The notes under the pieces: generated by a model
What the model was told of the DNA's origin: nothing
Databases searched by the model: none
What the model saw: the letters and a program-made list of their open reading frames with translations, nothing else
Translations under genes and position numbers: made by a program
Part shown: positions 1 through 10,857 of the stretch, piece after piece
How the letters are laid out: the number at the start of each line of letters is the position of its first letter
Position numbering within the stretch: the first letter of the stretch is position 1
NCBI GenBank assembly: GCA_963699255.1
Contig: OY969425.1
Coordinates: 1,650,001-1,682,000 of the forward strand
Direction of reading: 5' to 3'
Length of the DNA: 32,000 nucleotides
DNA from: an uncultured bacterium
Lineage (GTDB): Bacteria; Margulisbacteria; WOR-1; CAVSGV01

Positions 1-1
1 G

Positions 2-1081
2 GAAAACTTTATCCTGCCCCTCGTGGAAGGGTTCAAATATAATGACAATGTTTTTGCCGTCTCATCCCAAATATTTTTTCTGGATAAGGACAAGAGAAGG
101 GAAGAGTCCGGATTGACAAAGGCCTGGTTCAGGAAGGGGTGGCTGTTGACCGGCCATGTCGTTGAACAGAAAATAATTGACAAGATGAACAATTATGAAT
201 TCACTTTCTGGGCCGGCGGGGGATCAACCGCCTTCGACAGGAAAAAATTTCTTGGGATAAAACTGGATACTCTTTACGACCCGTTTTATTTGGAGGACAT
301 AGACATTTCTTATCAGGCATGGAAAAGAGGATATGTTATCTTATTCTCGAAGGGCAGCGAAACATACCATATGCACAGGGCTACAAATCGTGTTAAGTTC
401 GGGGATGATTATATTGACGCAATAAGGAAAAGAAACACTTTTCTGTTCATCTGGAAGAACATTACCGCTCCCGATCTGATCCGGCAGCATTTATTCCGTT
501 TGCCCCACATTATATCCAGTTCCATTAAAGAAGGGGGGATTGGCGAGCTATTTATTTTTTTTAAAGCTTTGATGAAATTACCTGAATGCATGAAGAAAAG
601 ATATGAAAGTAAAAAGTATTATAAGCTAAGTGATGAGGATATTTTTAATGTATTTTCTGCGGATGGCAAACCCAAAAACACCAATTCTATTGATTTTTCT
701 TTAGGTGATTTTAATGAAAACATTGGCGGTGACTGGCATAACAGAGAACTAAATTATCGATGGGTAGGGAAAAAATCGGTTTGTTATCTTTTTTCTGAAG
801 ATAGAATGAAAAAGCTGATAGTGAAGGGTTATTGTGGGATACCGGAGCCGATTTTTAAAGGGAGAGAATTTATTTTGTCAATATTCATTAACAACAAACT
901 GATGGTAAGAGAACCATTGCAAAATGGAGAGATCAATATTGAGTGTGATATCCATCAAATTAAAAAGCAGATGAATGAAATTGTTTTTAGTATGAATAAT
1001 ACTTTTAATTCAAAAAAAGCAGGCATTGGTGAAGATGAGAGAGATTTAGGCGTTATTATAAATAAGGTCGAAATGATTTAG
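2..1081 (+). CDS. Glycosyltransferase family 2, C-terminal portion (5' end outside window)
   Basis: The frame is open from base 2 (ENFILPLVEGFKYND...), so the GTG at 23 is probably internal. GT2-type motifs: GGGSTAFDRKKFLGI and YLEDIDISYQAWKRGY. Confidence 0.8.
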   Translation, partial: ENFILPLVEGFKYNDNVFAVSSQIFFLDKDKRREESGLTKAWFRKGWLLTGHVVEQKIIDKMNNYEFTFWAGGGSTAFDRKKFLGIKLDTLYDPFYLEDIDISYQAWKRGYVILFSKGSETYHMHRATNRVKFGDDYIDAIRKRNTFLFIWKNITAPDLIRQHLFRLPHIISSSIKEGGIGELFIFFKALMKLPECMKKRYESKKYYKLSDEDIFNVFSADGKPKNTNSIDFSLGDFNENIGGDWHNRELNYRWVGKKSVCYLFSEDRMKKLIVKGYCGIPEPIFKGREFILSIFINNKLMVREPLQNGEINIECDIHQIKKQMNEIVFSMNNTFNSKKAGIGEDERDLGVIINKVEMI

Positions 1082-1261
1082 ATGTAAGACTTTTGTTATG
1101 ATGTCGGCTTATAATGAGCAGAATGCTTCAAGTGCAGTATAATTGAAAGTCTGTTTTTTCGGGGCAAGACCAGATTACGAGAAGATTAAATTAATAATTG
1201 TTAGAAGCAAAAATATAGGTGGTGTTTGGGATGGATTTGCGTTTGGTTCAAAGGTTTAAAT

Positions 1262-2413
1262 ATGAATTTTGAAGACTTTAAATATATTATTGTGGGTAGC
1301 GGTTTTTGGGGCAGTGTAATTGCAGAAAGAATTGCATCGGTTTTGAATGAACATGTTGTGATTCTTGAAAGGCGAAACCATGTAGGCGGGAATTCGTTTT
1401 CAAAAATACATAAAGAAACAGGGATTGAATACCATTGTTATGGGACGCATGTATTTCACACTTCTAATAAGAAGGTGTGGAACTATATAAGAACTTTTTC
1501 TGATTTTACTAATTATCAGCATAAAGTTTTTATTCAACACAAAAATCGCATATACAGTATGCCCATTAACTTGGCGACAATTAATGATTATTACGGGCTT
1601 AATTTAATGCCGTCTGAGATAAAAGCTTTTTTAAAAAAAGAGATAAATCGATCTGGCCATGTTTCATCTCCGTCAAATTTAGAAGACAAGGCAATATCAT
1701 TAATTGGTAAGCCCCTTTACGATTCCTTTATTCGAGGATATACATTTAAGCAATGGGGAACCGACCCTAAAAAATTACCCCCCGAAATATTTACTCGCCT
1801 CCCTGTTAGAGATAATTACAATATGAATTATTTTAATGATCCTTATCAAGGATTGCCTGAGTACGGTTACGCCAAATTATTTCAAAATATCCTGCTCAAT
1901 AAAAACATTCACGTCATGCTCAATACCGATTATTATAATGTCAAACACAAAATACCGAAAAGATGCAAGGTTATTTTTACTGGCGCAATAGATAAGCTTT
2001 TTGGTTTTAAATTTGGCAAATTAGCATGGAGAAGCTTAAAGTTCGATTATGAGATAAAAAATGTTAAAGATTATCAGGGAACAGCTGTGATAAATTATGC
2101 TGACATAAAAACGCCTTTTACGAGGGTCCACGAATTTAAACATTTGCATCCGGAACGGAATTATCAATCACCTAAAACAATTATTTGCAGGGAATATTCA
2201 AAGACTTGCCAGGATGACAATGAACAATATTATCCTATAAATGACAAAAAAAACATGGAGATGTTTCATTTGTATGAAAAGGAAGCTAGGAAATATCCTG
2301 ATCTTATAATTGGGGGGAGACTGGGATCATATCGATATTGGGATATGGATACGACAATAGAAAGTGCCCTGGCGTGTTTTCATAAGAGAATATTAAAGGG
2401 GAAATCTTCTTGA
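1262..2413 (+). CDS. glf: UDP-galactopyranose mutase
   Basis: Protein MNFEDFKYIIVGSGFWGSVIAERIA...VVILERRNHVGGNSF...YGTHVFHTSNKKVW...RCKVIFTGAIDKLF is characteristic of Glf. The track start at 1226 is TTG; the ATG at 1262 fits the family N-terminus better. Confidence 0.93.
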   Translation: MNFEDFKYIIVGSGFWGSVIAERIASVLNEHVVILERRNHVGGNSFSKIHKETGIEYHCYGTHVFHTSNKKVWNYIRTFSDFTNYQHKVFIQHKNRIYSMPINLATINDYYGLNLMPSEIKAFLKKEINRSGHVSSPSNLEDKAISLIGKPLYDSFIRGYTFKQWGTDPKKLPPEIFTRLPVRDNYNMNYFNDPYQGLPEYGYAKLFQNILLNKNIHVMLNTDYYNVKHKIPKRCKVIFTGAIDKLFGFKFGKLAWRSLKFDYEIKNVKDYQGTAVINYADIKTPFTRVHEFKHLHPERNYQSPKTIICREYSKTCQDDNEQYYPINDKKNMEMFHLYEKEARKYPDLIIGGRLGSYRYWDMDTTIESALACFHKRILKGKSS

Positions 2414-4620
2414 AGGAACTCGCGGTTATTATCCCTGTTTATAACGAAGAAGGAGCAATTAGAGCTGTCCTTGAAAAGTGGAGCAAAGAATTTGAGCGAT
2501 TGAAAATCGACTATATTATTCATGTTTATAATGATGGGTCAAAGGATAATTCCTTACTTGTTCTTGAGGAAGTATCAAAAGGGAATAAAAGAATTGTAAT
2601 TCATGATAAACCGAATAGCGGTCATGGGCCGACTATTTTACGGGGCTATCGTGAAAGCATTGATTCTGAATGGATATTCCAGGTTGATTCGGATGATGAA
2701 ATGGGGCCAGAATTATTTAAGGAGCTGTGGGACAGAAGAAATGAAAATGATTTTCTTGTGGGAAGAAGAAGCGGGCGTCAAAGTTCGTTACCAAGGAAGA
2801 TCGTCTCATTAATTTCCAGAATGACGGTAAGATTATTTTGTGGGCGCGGAGTTTGGGACGTTAATAGTCCCTATAGGTTAATGAGAACCACCAAATTTTC
2901 AGATTTGTTTTCTCAAATTCCCGATGATACTTTTGCTCCTAATATAATTATTTCTGGCTATGCATGCAGCAGGAGATTAAAAATCCTTGAAATGCCGATC
3001 ACCCATGCAGAGAGGAAAACAGGGGAAGTTTCAATAAAAAAATGGAAATTATTGAAAATAGCGATTAAATCATTTCGCCAGGTAATAAACTTTTTTATCC
3101 GGTTGCAACGAGAATTTATTGCATTATCCATTTTAAGAGTATTAACTCTTGCGCTTGTTATTTATATACTTTTGTTGCAGGTAAATAGAGTTATAACACT
3201 TTGTATAACGTATGATGATGCTTATAATGCAACAGTTGCAAAAAATATCGCATCAGGATATGGCTATGCTACTTCATATCATTCCATTAAAAAGTTTAAT
3301 CCAGAAATAACTACCGGGCCTACACTTATTTTCCCGGCTGCTTTATTCATTAGAGTATTTGGGAATAAATATTGGGTGCCAACTCTTACAAGTAGTATTA
3401 TTAATTTTGCTCTATTATTATGTGTTTTATGGTTATTCGGGAAAATAGGCTTCTCTCAGATAGAGGCATGGGCTTCTCGGTTGTTATTATTAATATTTTT
3501 TATTGGGGGCTCATTATTTTCAACAACAGGATGTTTGTGGAATATTCTGTTAGGCGAAAATCCCGCGGCTTTAATCGCGATTATGTCAACCATGGTTTTG
3601 TTTTCGTTTTTGCATTTTAAGCGACCCAATCTTGCTGTCTTCGGTGCCGGAATCTTAGGAGGCCTGGCATATTTAACAAAAATGCTTACCAGTTTCAATT
3701 TATTGGTACTATTCTTCTTATTCCCTGCTTGGCTTTGTTTTGCCAAAAAAAGTTTGCCGTATAAAAAGATCATTTTGTTAGCATGTATTTTCTTGTTGGG
3801 GAACGTTGTTATGATAGGGTCGTTTGAGCTGTATAAAGTATTAAATACCTCTCCACGGGAATATGTTGATATTAAAAATGCGGAGAGGAATGGTTTTGTG
3901 AATTCCGGTCCGATAGGGATTAACAGTATTATTACAGCTAAATCTAAAACAGATTACGTAAAATGTACTTTTGGTAGAAACCTTGGGATTTTTCAGAAAG
4001 ACTATTGCCATGGAGATATATTTATGATCAGTCTAATCGCAATTATTATCTTTACTATTATTGGTTCATTGGGAAACACATCTGTTCATTTTATTGGCTA
4101 CGCTTTAATTATTACGTTTTTAATGCATTTTGGTTGGTGGTCGTTTTTCTCGGCGGGTTATTCGCGCCATTTACACCCGGCTCTTTTATTTCTATTTGTT
4201 GGATTGTCGATCTTATTTGTTAAGATAAGAAAAAGAGCTATTTTTATCATGGTTCTTTTCCTATTTATAATTTATTTGTCTCCGATATTTAATAACACAA
4301 AATGCATGATCCCACTTTACTGGAATTGGCAAAGAGATCCAAGGGCAGTTGCACTTTTAAAAACAGCGGATTTCATTCATGGCAATCAAAATAAATATAA
4401 ATTAATTGGGGCAGGATGGAATGTGCCTAGAGAGGTAGAATATATTTTACCTGGAGTGTGTAATATCTCTAATTATTTTGAAATTGTAGGGAAAGAAAAT
4501 CTTAACAATGCGGCTCTTGTATGGTATGAAGATTGGCCTTGGGATTGGGCATGTATTAAATGTCATAACAGGCAAGTTATTTTTAAAGAGAAACCTTATA
4601 TGCTTTTATTATGCAGGTAA
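2410..4620 (+). CDS. Bifunctional-looking protein: N-terminal GT2 (dolichol-phosphate-mannose-synthase-like) domain fused to a multi-TM GT-C/ArnT/PMT-like domain
   Basis: N-terminus AVIIPVYNEEGAI...DGSKDNS...QVDSDDEM (GT2), then a hydrophobic C-terminal half beginning ...YDDAYNATVAKNIASGYGYATSY...GPTLIFPAALFIRVFG. TTG start overlaps the glf stop. Confidence 0.8.
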   Translation: MKELAVIIPVYNEEGAIRAVLEKWSKEFERLKIDYIIHVYNDGSKDNSLLVLEEVSKGNKRIVIHDKPNSGHGPTILRGYRESIDSEWIFQVDSDDEMGPELFKELWDRRNENDFLVGRRSGRQSSLPRKIVSLISRMTVRLFCGRGVWDVNSPYRLMRTTKFSDLFSQIPDDTFAPNIIISGYACSRRLKILEMPITHAERKTGEVSIKKWKLLKIAIKSFRQVINFFIRLQREFIALSILRVLTLALVIYILLLQVNRVITLCITYDDAYNATVAKNIASGYGYATSYHSIKKFNPEITTGPTLIFPAALFIRVFGNKYWVPTLTSSIINFALLLCVLWLFGKIGFSQIEAWASRLLLLIFFIGGSLFSTTGCLWNILLGENPAALIAIMSTMVLFSFLHFKRPNLAVFGAGILGGLAYLTKMLTSFNLLVLFFLFPAWLCFAKKSLPYKKIILLACIFLLGNVVMIGSFELYKVLNTSPREYVDIKNAERNGFVNSGPIGINSIITAKSKTDYVKCTFGRNLGIFQKDYCHGDIFMISLIAIIIFTIIGSLGNTSVHFIGYALIITFLMHFGWWSFFSAGYSRHLHPALLFLFVGLSILFVKIRKRAIFIMVLFLFIIYLSPIFNNTKCMIPLYWNWQRDPRAVALLKTADFIHGNQNKYKLIGAGWNVPREVEYILPGVCNISNYFEIVGKENLNNAALVWYEDWPWDWACIKCHNRQVIFKEKPYMLLLCR

Positions 4621-4723
4621 ATAATGCATAGTGCAAACCCGATAATGTTTTATAGCTTTGCTGGCGATGTTAATTACGGGCTAAAGTTTGGCAATTTCAA
4701 AAGAGAAGGGGAATATAAAAGCA

Positions 4724-6904
4724 ATGAGTTTAGATAAAAATTCCAAAAACGGCGACTTTTTCATAAAAATAGTTTTATTTTTAATCCCTTCAATATTTTT
4801 GTGGAAGATTATATTCGATTCGCAACATTATACGATTGCAACCTTTCAGGACAATTTGTTTAACATATATGCGACATATCACTTTTATCTTGATTCGTTG
4901 TCGAAATTCAGCTTACCTTTATGGGATTTTTATAGGCATGCTGGGATCCCCTTTTTGTATGATCCGTTGTTTTCCGGATTATATCCGATGAACTACGTAT
5001 GCCTGCCTGTGTATATGATTACAAAGAATGTTTATACTTTCCTCATTTTTTCGACTTATTTGCACTATTGTATAGCTATTTTTTCAATGTACTATTTCCT
5101 CAAGCACAATAAATCTTCAAAGTTTACTTGCTTAATAGGAGCTATTCTGTTTGCATTTGGCGGGGGATTAAGTTTACGGATGAACGGCCAAATACAGATT
5201 TTTTGGTCTTTTTGCTGGTTGCCTTTGATATTGCTTTGTTATCAGAAATCCTTAGAGGCGAATAAAAAACCCAATATTTATACATACTTGACCTCAATTA
5301 TTTTCTCGGTGGTTATACTAAGTGGGCAGCATTATACTTTTATTCTTGATGGATTGACAATCTTTTTGTTTACAGTATTTGCTTATGTAAAGGACTTTAA
5401 CAAAGGTTTTCTTGAATGGAGTGTTGTGAATTTGTTGTTGATCGTTATAATCACTGGCTTGCTTTCCGCCGTTTTTATTTTACCGTCGTATGAACTTGCT
5501 TCCCGTAGCTTTAGATGGATTGGAAGCCCAAATGATCCTGTTATGGCGTTGGGTAAGATTTCCTATGCAGACGCGAGCAAATACTCCGGAACCCTCGAGA
5601 ATATACTCTCATTTTTCGAGAGAACGTGGGAATCGCAGTATATTAATCTGTATATTGGTGTTTTAAGTCTGTTTTTTCTTGGGATTGCATTCGCAAAAAA
5701 AAACAGAGATCGCGCCTTCTATTGGTTCACATTTATATTTTTCAGTTTGGCCAGTTTGGGAAATAAAACTTTCATTTATTATGCGTTGTATATGGTTGTT
5801 CCAATGTTTGACAAAATAAGAACTGTGTATGTTTTGCTTTATCCGGCAATCTTTTGCCTTATTTGCCTGGTGTGTTATGGGATCGATGAATTCGCAAATG
5901 CAAAAGTGAAAGTAAAATCGATCAGGTCTGGCCCTGGAGATGTTTTCAGGAATGCAGCTGCGGTTATTATCGTTATTTTGTTTATTGGTTTATTGGCCGG
6001 CAATGCCAGGTTGTTTGAAATAAGCATAAGCGCTTCGGGATTTATATTTTTATTAAGCATCGGCGCCATATTGATCTGGAAGATCATTAAACCGGCGTAT
6101 GACGTCAGGATAGTTATTTTGCTTTTTATATTGATTGATTTGTTAGCATTCATAAATGTTAATCTCCCGCGAATTAGCGACAAAAACAATCCGAACTGGT
6201 TTAAAGACGACGAGATGATTTATAAGATTATTAAATCGGACGCGGGGAAAGGTGGCTTTAGAGTATTTGCTCCGAATGACATTCTTCCAAGGAATTTTGG
6301 CGAAGTATATAAAATTAGCAATTTCGAGGGTTACGGCGCATTGATGTTGCAGGATTTTTACAGGGAGCGTGGCTTTCCGCATGAGGGAGACGACAACAAA
6401 CTATTTAATCTTATGAGTGTAAAGTATCATATTTCCGATAAAGCTATTAATAATATGCAGGGCTATAAACTTCTGAAGAGGATAAATAAAAAGTACATAT
6501 ATGAAAATACGCTGTATTTCCCAAAAGCCTTTTTAATAGAAAGCGTGAATTATATACTTGATATTTCCTCCTCAGTTGATGTAAAGAAAAAAATAATGCT
6601 CGTAAACAATTACGTCATAAAGCCGAACGCCATTGAAATGGGGTTTTCTGTCAGTAAACCTGCCAGCCTGGTCATTTCCGAAAACTATTATCCTGGTTGG
6701 CGCGCATCTGATAATGGTAAAAATGTTCAGATTAACAAATACAGGAATATTATGTTTATCGACGTTTCCAAGGGGCAACATGATGTCAAAATAATTTTCA
6801 GGCCCTTCAAATTTTATCTTGGGGCTGGGATTTCAGTTATAATGTTACTCACAGTATGTTTCTTAATCTTCCAAGAAGTATTCGGGGCAACCTTTGAGAC
6901 ATGA
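4724..6904 (+). CDS. YfhO-like multi-pass membrane protein (putative glycan-modifying)
   Basis: Polytopic protein with N-terminal region ...QHYTIATFQDNLFNIYATYHFY...PLWDFYRHAGIPFLYDPLFSGLYPMNY and C-terminal SENYYPGWRASDNGK..., both typical of YfhO-family proteins. ATG at 4724 is preceded by AGAAGGGGAA; the track start 4688 is TTG. Confidence 0.75.
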   Translation: MSLDKNSKNGDFFIKIVLFLIPSIFLWKIIFDSQHYTIATFQDNLFNIYATYHFYLDSLSKFSLPLWDFYRHAGIPFLYDPLFSGLYPMNYVCLPVYMITKNVYTFLIFSTYLHYCIAIFSMYYFLKHNKSSKFTCLIGAILFAFGGGLSLRMNGQIQIFWSFCWLPLILLCYQKSLEANKKPNIYTYLTSIIFSVVILSGQHYTFILDGLTIFLFTVFAYVKDFNKGFLEWSVVNLLLIVIITGLLSAVFILPSYELASRSFRWIGSPNDPVMALGKISYADASKYSGTLENILSFFERTWESQYINLYIGVLSLFFLGIAFAKKNRDRAFYWFTFIFFSLASLGNKTFIYYALYMVVPMFDKIRTVYVLLYPAIFCLICLVCYGIDEFANAKVKVKSIRSGPGDVFRNAAAVIIVILFIGLLAGNARLFEISISASGFIFLLSIGAILIWKIIKPAYDVRIVILLFILIDLLAFINVNLPRISDKNNPNWFKDDEMIYKIIKSDAGKGGFRVFAPNDILPRNFGEVYKISNFEGYGALMLQDFYRERGFPHEGDDNKLFNLMSVKYHISDKAINNMQGYKLLKRINKKYIYENTLYFPKAFLIESVNYILDISSSVDVKKKIMLVNNYVIKPNAIEMGFSVSKPASLVISENYYPGWRASDNGKNVQINKYRNIMFIDVSKGQHDVKIIFRPFKFYLGAGISVIMLLTVCFLIFQEVFGATFET

Positions 6905-6970
6905 ATCTTCTTCAAGAGAACAAGCAGTTTATTGGTTTCTTGAAAAACCCGCTATGCATTTTGTTTTTAT

Positions 6971-8470
6971 ATGAATTCTAACGTTACTTTAATTAATCCA
7001 AACCTTATTACGCAGGTTGATGACAGCCTGGGCAGCGGGATTCCGTATATGCCCCTCCCTCTGGCTTATTTGGCAAGTAGTTTAAAGTTCGACTATGATC
7101 TAAACGTTATTGATGCTTTTGGGGAAAACCCTTTTCAGATCCGAAGAATTGGCGATTTCTATTCTCAAGGCCTCACAATTGAAGAGATTCTTGAAAGAAT
7201 CGAACATGTCACGAAGTACATCGTAATATATTACAGTACGGTAATGGCCAATGTAGTCATAGCGGAAACCATTCGCGCCATAAAGAAGTACGCCCCTCTT
7301 ATTCCTGTAATTGTGGTCGAAAATCCGGAAGCCGTCATCGGATGTCCATTAGAGTATATTGCCGACGAACTATTCAAGTACGGGGCGGACTATTTGATCT
7401 ACGGTGAAAGCGAGCAGAGGATCCCGAAACTCATTAAGAAACTTGAAAATGGGGATAGCTTGGATGATTTTGACGGAATCGCTTACAGGGACGAAAAGGG
7501 AGATATTACATCAAATCCGAAGAAGGCCTTTGTTCAGGAAATCGACAGCCTTCCATTCCCTTCGTGGGAATATTTTCCCCTTCGGAATTATTGGAAGCTC
7601 GGCTATGCGCACGGCCCCATGGAAGGCAAATATCTGGCGATCATGACTTCCAGGGGATGCCCTTTCAACTGTAATTTCTGTGTGATCCCGGCCATGAATG
7701 GGAGAAAGTGGCGAGGCAGGTCTCCGGAAAATGTTGTTGCGGAGATCGAGTACATGATCAAGCAATTTGATGTAAATGAATTCCACTGGGAAGACGTCAA
7801 TCCTACTGCAGATGAAAAAAGGATTAAAGAAATCTGTGAACTGCTTATTAAAAGAAGAATAAAGATAAAATGGAAATTAGCTTCCGGCAGCAAGATTGAA
7901 ACCATGAGGCTTAATACTTTGGAGTTAATGAAAAAGGCCGGATGCAATTATATTTCATTTTCACCTGAATCCGGTTCAAAAAAAGTCCTGAAGTTGATGA
8001 ACAAGCCATTCGATCACGAATACGCACTGCAAATGACGAAATATATGCACAAGATCGGCATAAGGTCACAGGCCTGTTTTGTCCTGGGTTTTCCCGGTGA
8101 GGGAGAGGAAGATATTGGGGCGACCAGGTCATATATCAAGAAACTTGCTAAAGCAGGTGTTGATGAGATCGCAATATTTATTATGACCCCGATCCCCGGG
8201 ACAAAAACATTCGGTCAAGTCACAGGATTTTCTGAGTATTCGGAGCTGACCTTCTCTCCCTCATGGCGGGAAGACTTTGCGTATTTAAGTAATATCAGAA
8301 GCAAATTGTATGTTCGTTTCCTGGTTTTAAAGATGATCTATCATCCATTTAAGTTATTGAAGCAATTATTCAATCTATTTTTCAGAAGATTTGAATGCAA
8401 AGCCGAAATGAACATATACAGGCTGTTCAGGCTTCGCTCAATGCTCAGGGCCCAAATCAAGGGGGAATAG
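6971..8470 (+). CDS. Radical SAM protein with N-terminal B12-binding-type domain
   Basis: CxxxCxxC in SRGCPFNCNFC; N-terminus VTLINPN...GIPYMPLPLAYLASSL...DAFGENP typical of B12-binding radical SAM enzymes; FVLGFPGE motif. Confidence 0.88.
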   Translation: MNSNVTLINPNLITQVDDSLGSGIPYMPLPLAYLASSLKFDYDLNVIDAFGENPFQIRRIGDFYSQGLTIEEILERIEHVTKYIVIYYSTVMANVVIAETIRAIKKYAPLIPVIVVENPEAVIGCPLEYIADELFKYGADYLIYGESEQRIPKLIKKLENGDSLDDFDGIAYRDEKGDITSNPKKAFVQEIDSLPFPSWEYFPLRNYWKLGYAHGPMEGKYLAIMTSRGCPFNCNFCVIPAMNGRKWRGRSPENVVAEIEYMIKQFDVNEFHWEDVNPTADEKRIKEICELLIKRRIKIKWKLASGSKIETMRLNTLELMKKAGCNYISFSPESGSKKVLKLMNKPFDHEYALQMTKYMHKIGIRSQACFVLGFPGEGEEDIGATRSYIKKLAKAGVDEIAIFIMTPIPGTKTFGQVTGFSEYSELTFSPSWREDFAYLSNIRSKLYVRFLVLKMIYHPFKLLKQLFNLFFRRFECKAEMNIYRLFRLRSMLRAQIKGE

Positions 8471-8515
8471 TCTCGAAGTTATTATATAATGGTCGAGAAT
8501 AGAGAAGGGGGATTC

Positions 8516-9424
8516 ATGAAGCCAGATGAATATTATGAATATGTCCCGTGCAATTTATGCGGCGGCAAAGAATATGATGTGATATATAAGCCGGGGAAGA
8601 AGGAATTTAAGCCTCATGAGATATTTTCCGCATCTGGCGGAATAATGGGAACTCAGCAGATCGTAAAATGCAAGAATTGCGGGTTGATGTACGTCAATCC
8701 CCGCATCAAACCTGAGATTATCATTAGCGCCTATGGCGATGCCATTGATGAATTATATGTGTCTCAGGAAGAAGGCAGAAAGAAGACATTTATGAAAGCC
8801 CTGAGGCTTGTTGAAAAATATGCACCTAATAAAGGCAGGATATTAGATGTGGGCGCGGCGGCGGGCTTTTTCCTTGATACCGCGAAGCAAAGCGGCTGGG
8901 AAACTTACGGCGTCGAGCCGAGCAAATGGATGGCAAAATGGGGAAACGATAAATTCCATGTTAATATCAAGGCGGGCACGTTGGAGGAAGCGGAATTCCC
9001 AGATGATTACTTTGACGTTGTTACGATGTGGGACGTTCTTGAACACACCTCGGATCCGATGGGGGAGCTTTCGGAAGCGAACAGGGTCCTGAAGAAAGGC
9101 GGAATATTGATAATTAATTATCCTAATGCGGGGAGTTCTCTCGCGAAGCTGTTCCGAAGCAAGTGGTGGTTCTTCCTTTCGGTGCACTTATATTATTTCA
9201 CTCCCAAAACAATATCAATGATGCTTGCAAAGAACAATTTCCGGCCGCTGAAGTTCAGCAGGCATTTCCAAACGCTCGGCCTGGAACACTTGATAAAAAT
9301 GGTCGGATTATATAACAAGCCGCTGTCAAATCTCGGTTTAAAAGTCACAAAAACCCTCAGAATGGGCAACTGGCAAATACCTTATTATGCCAGTCAGGCA
9401 AATGTTATAGCAAGGAAACAATAA
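8516..9424 (+). CDS. Class I SAM-dependent methyltransferase with N-terminal Cys-rich (zinc-ribbon-like) region
   Basis: CNLCGG...CKNCGLMYVNP then ILDVGAAAGFFLDTAKQ...VVTMWDVLEHTSDP. ATG at 8516 is preceded by AGAAGGGGG; the track start 8489 is an alternative ATG. Confidence 0.88.
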   Translation: MKPDEYYEYVPCNLCGGKEYDVIYKPGKKEFKPHEIFSASGGIMGTQQIVKCKNCGLMYVNPRIKPEIIISAYGDAIDELYVSQEEGRKKTFMKALRLVEKYAPNKGRILDVGAAAGFFLDTAKQSGWETYGVEPSKWMAKWGNDKFHVNIKAGTLEEAEFPDDYFDVVTMWDVLEHTSDPMGELSEANRVLKKGGILIINYPNAGSSLAKLFRSKWWFFLSVHLYYFTPKTISMMLAKNNFRPLKFSRHFQTLGLEHLIKMVGLYNKPLSNLGLKVTKTLRMGNWQIPYYASQANVIARKQ

Positions 9425-9429
9425 TAAAC

Positions 9430-10854
9430 TTGTCTAGTGAACGAAAAATAATCATATTTGGTGCGGGAATAACAGGCTTGAGCGCAGGATGGAAGCTGGC
9501 GGAAGCCGGATTCAAGGTCAAAGTAGTCGAACAGAATGATTATCTTGGCGGAATGGCCTCCACATTCCGGTATGATGATTGTTACTTGGATTTCGGCCCG
9601 CATAAAATATTCACTGTTATGGACAATGTGATGAGGGAGATCAATGAATTGTTCAGGGACGAGCCTTTGCTGGCGGTCAAAAAGAAGAGCAGGATCAGAC
9701 TGAGAGGCAGGTACTTGAATTTCCCCCTTGGGATCAAGGATATTTTTCTTGGATTGGGCTTTTTGACAGGGCTCTGGTGCGGACTCGGATATGCCATGAG
9801 TATCGTTAGGAATTTCTTATTTAAACCCAATAATATTTCCTATGAAGATTGTGCTATAAATAGTTTTGGTAAGCCGATCTACAATCTTGTTCTCGGGCCT
9901 TATGCGAATAAGATATGGGGAGACCCGAAAACGCTGTCAAAAGAGCTGGCCGAATCAAGGATCGCGGCGCCGAATCTGATGGAAATGATCAAACAGATGC
10001 TCCTGGGCAAAAAAAAGAGATCCCCTGTTATTAACGCTGATATTTTTTATTACCCGCGAAAAGGCATAATCGATCTGAGCGCGAAAATGGCTGAAAAGAT
10101 CAGCGCCAATGGAGGGGAAGTGCGGCTCGGGAAAGGCATAAAAGAGATAAGTGTGAATACCTCCGGTCAAATTGATAAATTGTCATATAGCGACGGTTCT
10201 CAGGATAACCTGGGTCCGGACGACATGGTTATCAGTACAATACCTTTCACTATTCTGACCTCATTATTAAAGCGTCACCTGAGCGAGGCGGCTATCGACG
10301 CCGCTGGGAAATTAAAGGCCAGGAAACTGGTCCTCCTTTATCTTATTTTAAAACGGAACAGGCTTGGGGACGATAACTGGCTCTTTTTCCCCGAAAAACG
10401 TTATAAATTCAACCGCGTTTTCGAGCAAAAAGCGTTCAATGAGAGCATGGTTCCCGAAGGTAAAACGGTCATATGTCTAGAAATGACCTGCGACGACGGC
10501 GATGCGCTCTGGACCTCGGACGATCGCACAGTCTATTCCATGGTGTTGCCTCAGCTGCGCGAATCCGGATTGATCGGCGATGACGTGACCGGTTATTTTA
10601 CAAAAAGATTTGATTCCGGTTATCCTGTTTATGATATCGGATATAAAGAAAATTTAGACGTGGTAATGAGCTCTTTTGAAAGTCTGTTAAATCTATATTC
10701 TGTGGGAAGGCAGGGCGGATTCAGCTATACCGGCATGGCCGACTGCATGGATATCGGATTTTCCGTTGCTGATTTTATCGCTACAGGTAAAGACAAACAA
10801 GGTCAATGGAAAGATTACAGGAGCAAGTTTTACAACTATGTTGTTGTTGATTGA
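9430..10854 (+). CDS. FAD-dependent oxidoreductase (amine oxidase / protoporphyrinogen-oxidase-like)
   Basis: Dinucleotide-binding motif IIIFGAGITGLSAGWKLAEAGFKVKVVEQNDYLGGMAST; overall fold resembles amine-oxidase/UGM-like proteins. TTG start. Confidence 0.85.
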   Translation: MSSERKIIIFGAGITGLSAGWKLAEAGFKVKVVEQNDYLGGMASTFRYDDCYLDFGPHKIFTVMDNVMREINELFRDEPLLAVKKKSRIRLRGRYLNFPLGIKDIFLGLGFLTGLWCGLGYAMSIVRNFLFKPNNISYEDCAINSFGKPIYNLVLGPYANKIWGDPKTLSKELAESRIAAPNLMEMIKQMLLGKKKRSPVINADIFYYPRKGIIDLSAKMAEKISANGGEVRLGKGIKEISVNTSGQIDKLSYSDGSQDNLGPDDMVISTIPFTILTSLLKRHLSEAAIDAAGKLKARKLVLLYLILKRNRLGDDNWLFFPEKRYKFNRVFEQKAFNESMVPEGKTVICLEMTCDDGDALWTSDDRTVYSMVLPQLRESGLIGDDVTGYFTKRFDSGYPVYDIGYKENLDVVMSSFESLLNLYSVGRQGGFSYTGMADCMDIGFSVADFIATGKDKQGQWKDYRSKFYNYVVVD

Positions 10855-10857
10855 AAT

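Noticed and set aside
1082-1261. Possible decayed coding fragment (...KIKLIIVRSKNIGGVWDGFAFGSKV*) before glf
   Set aside because: Too short, with no recognisable motif or homologous copy in the window to support it.
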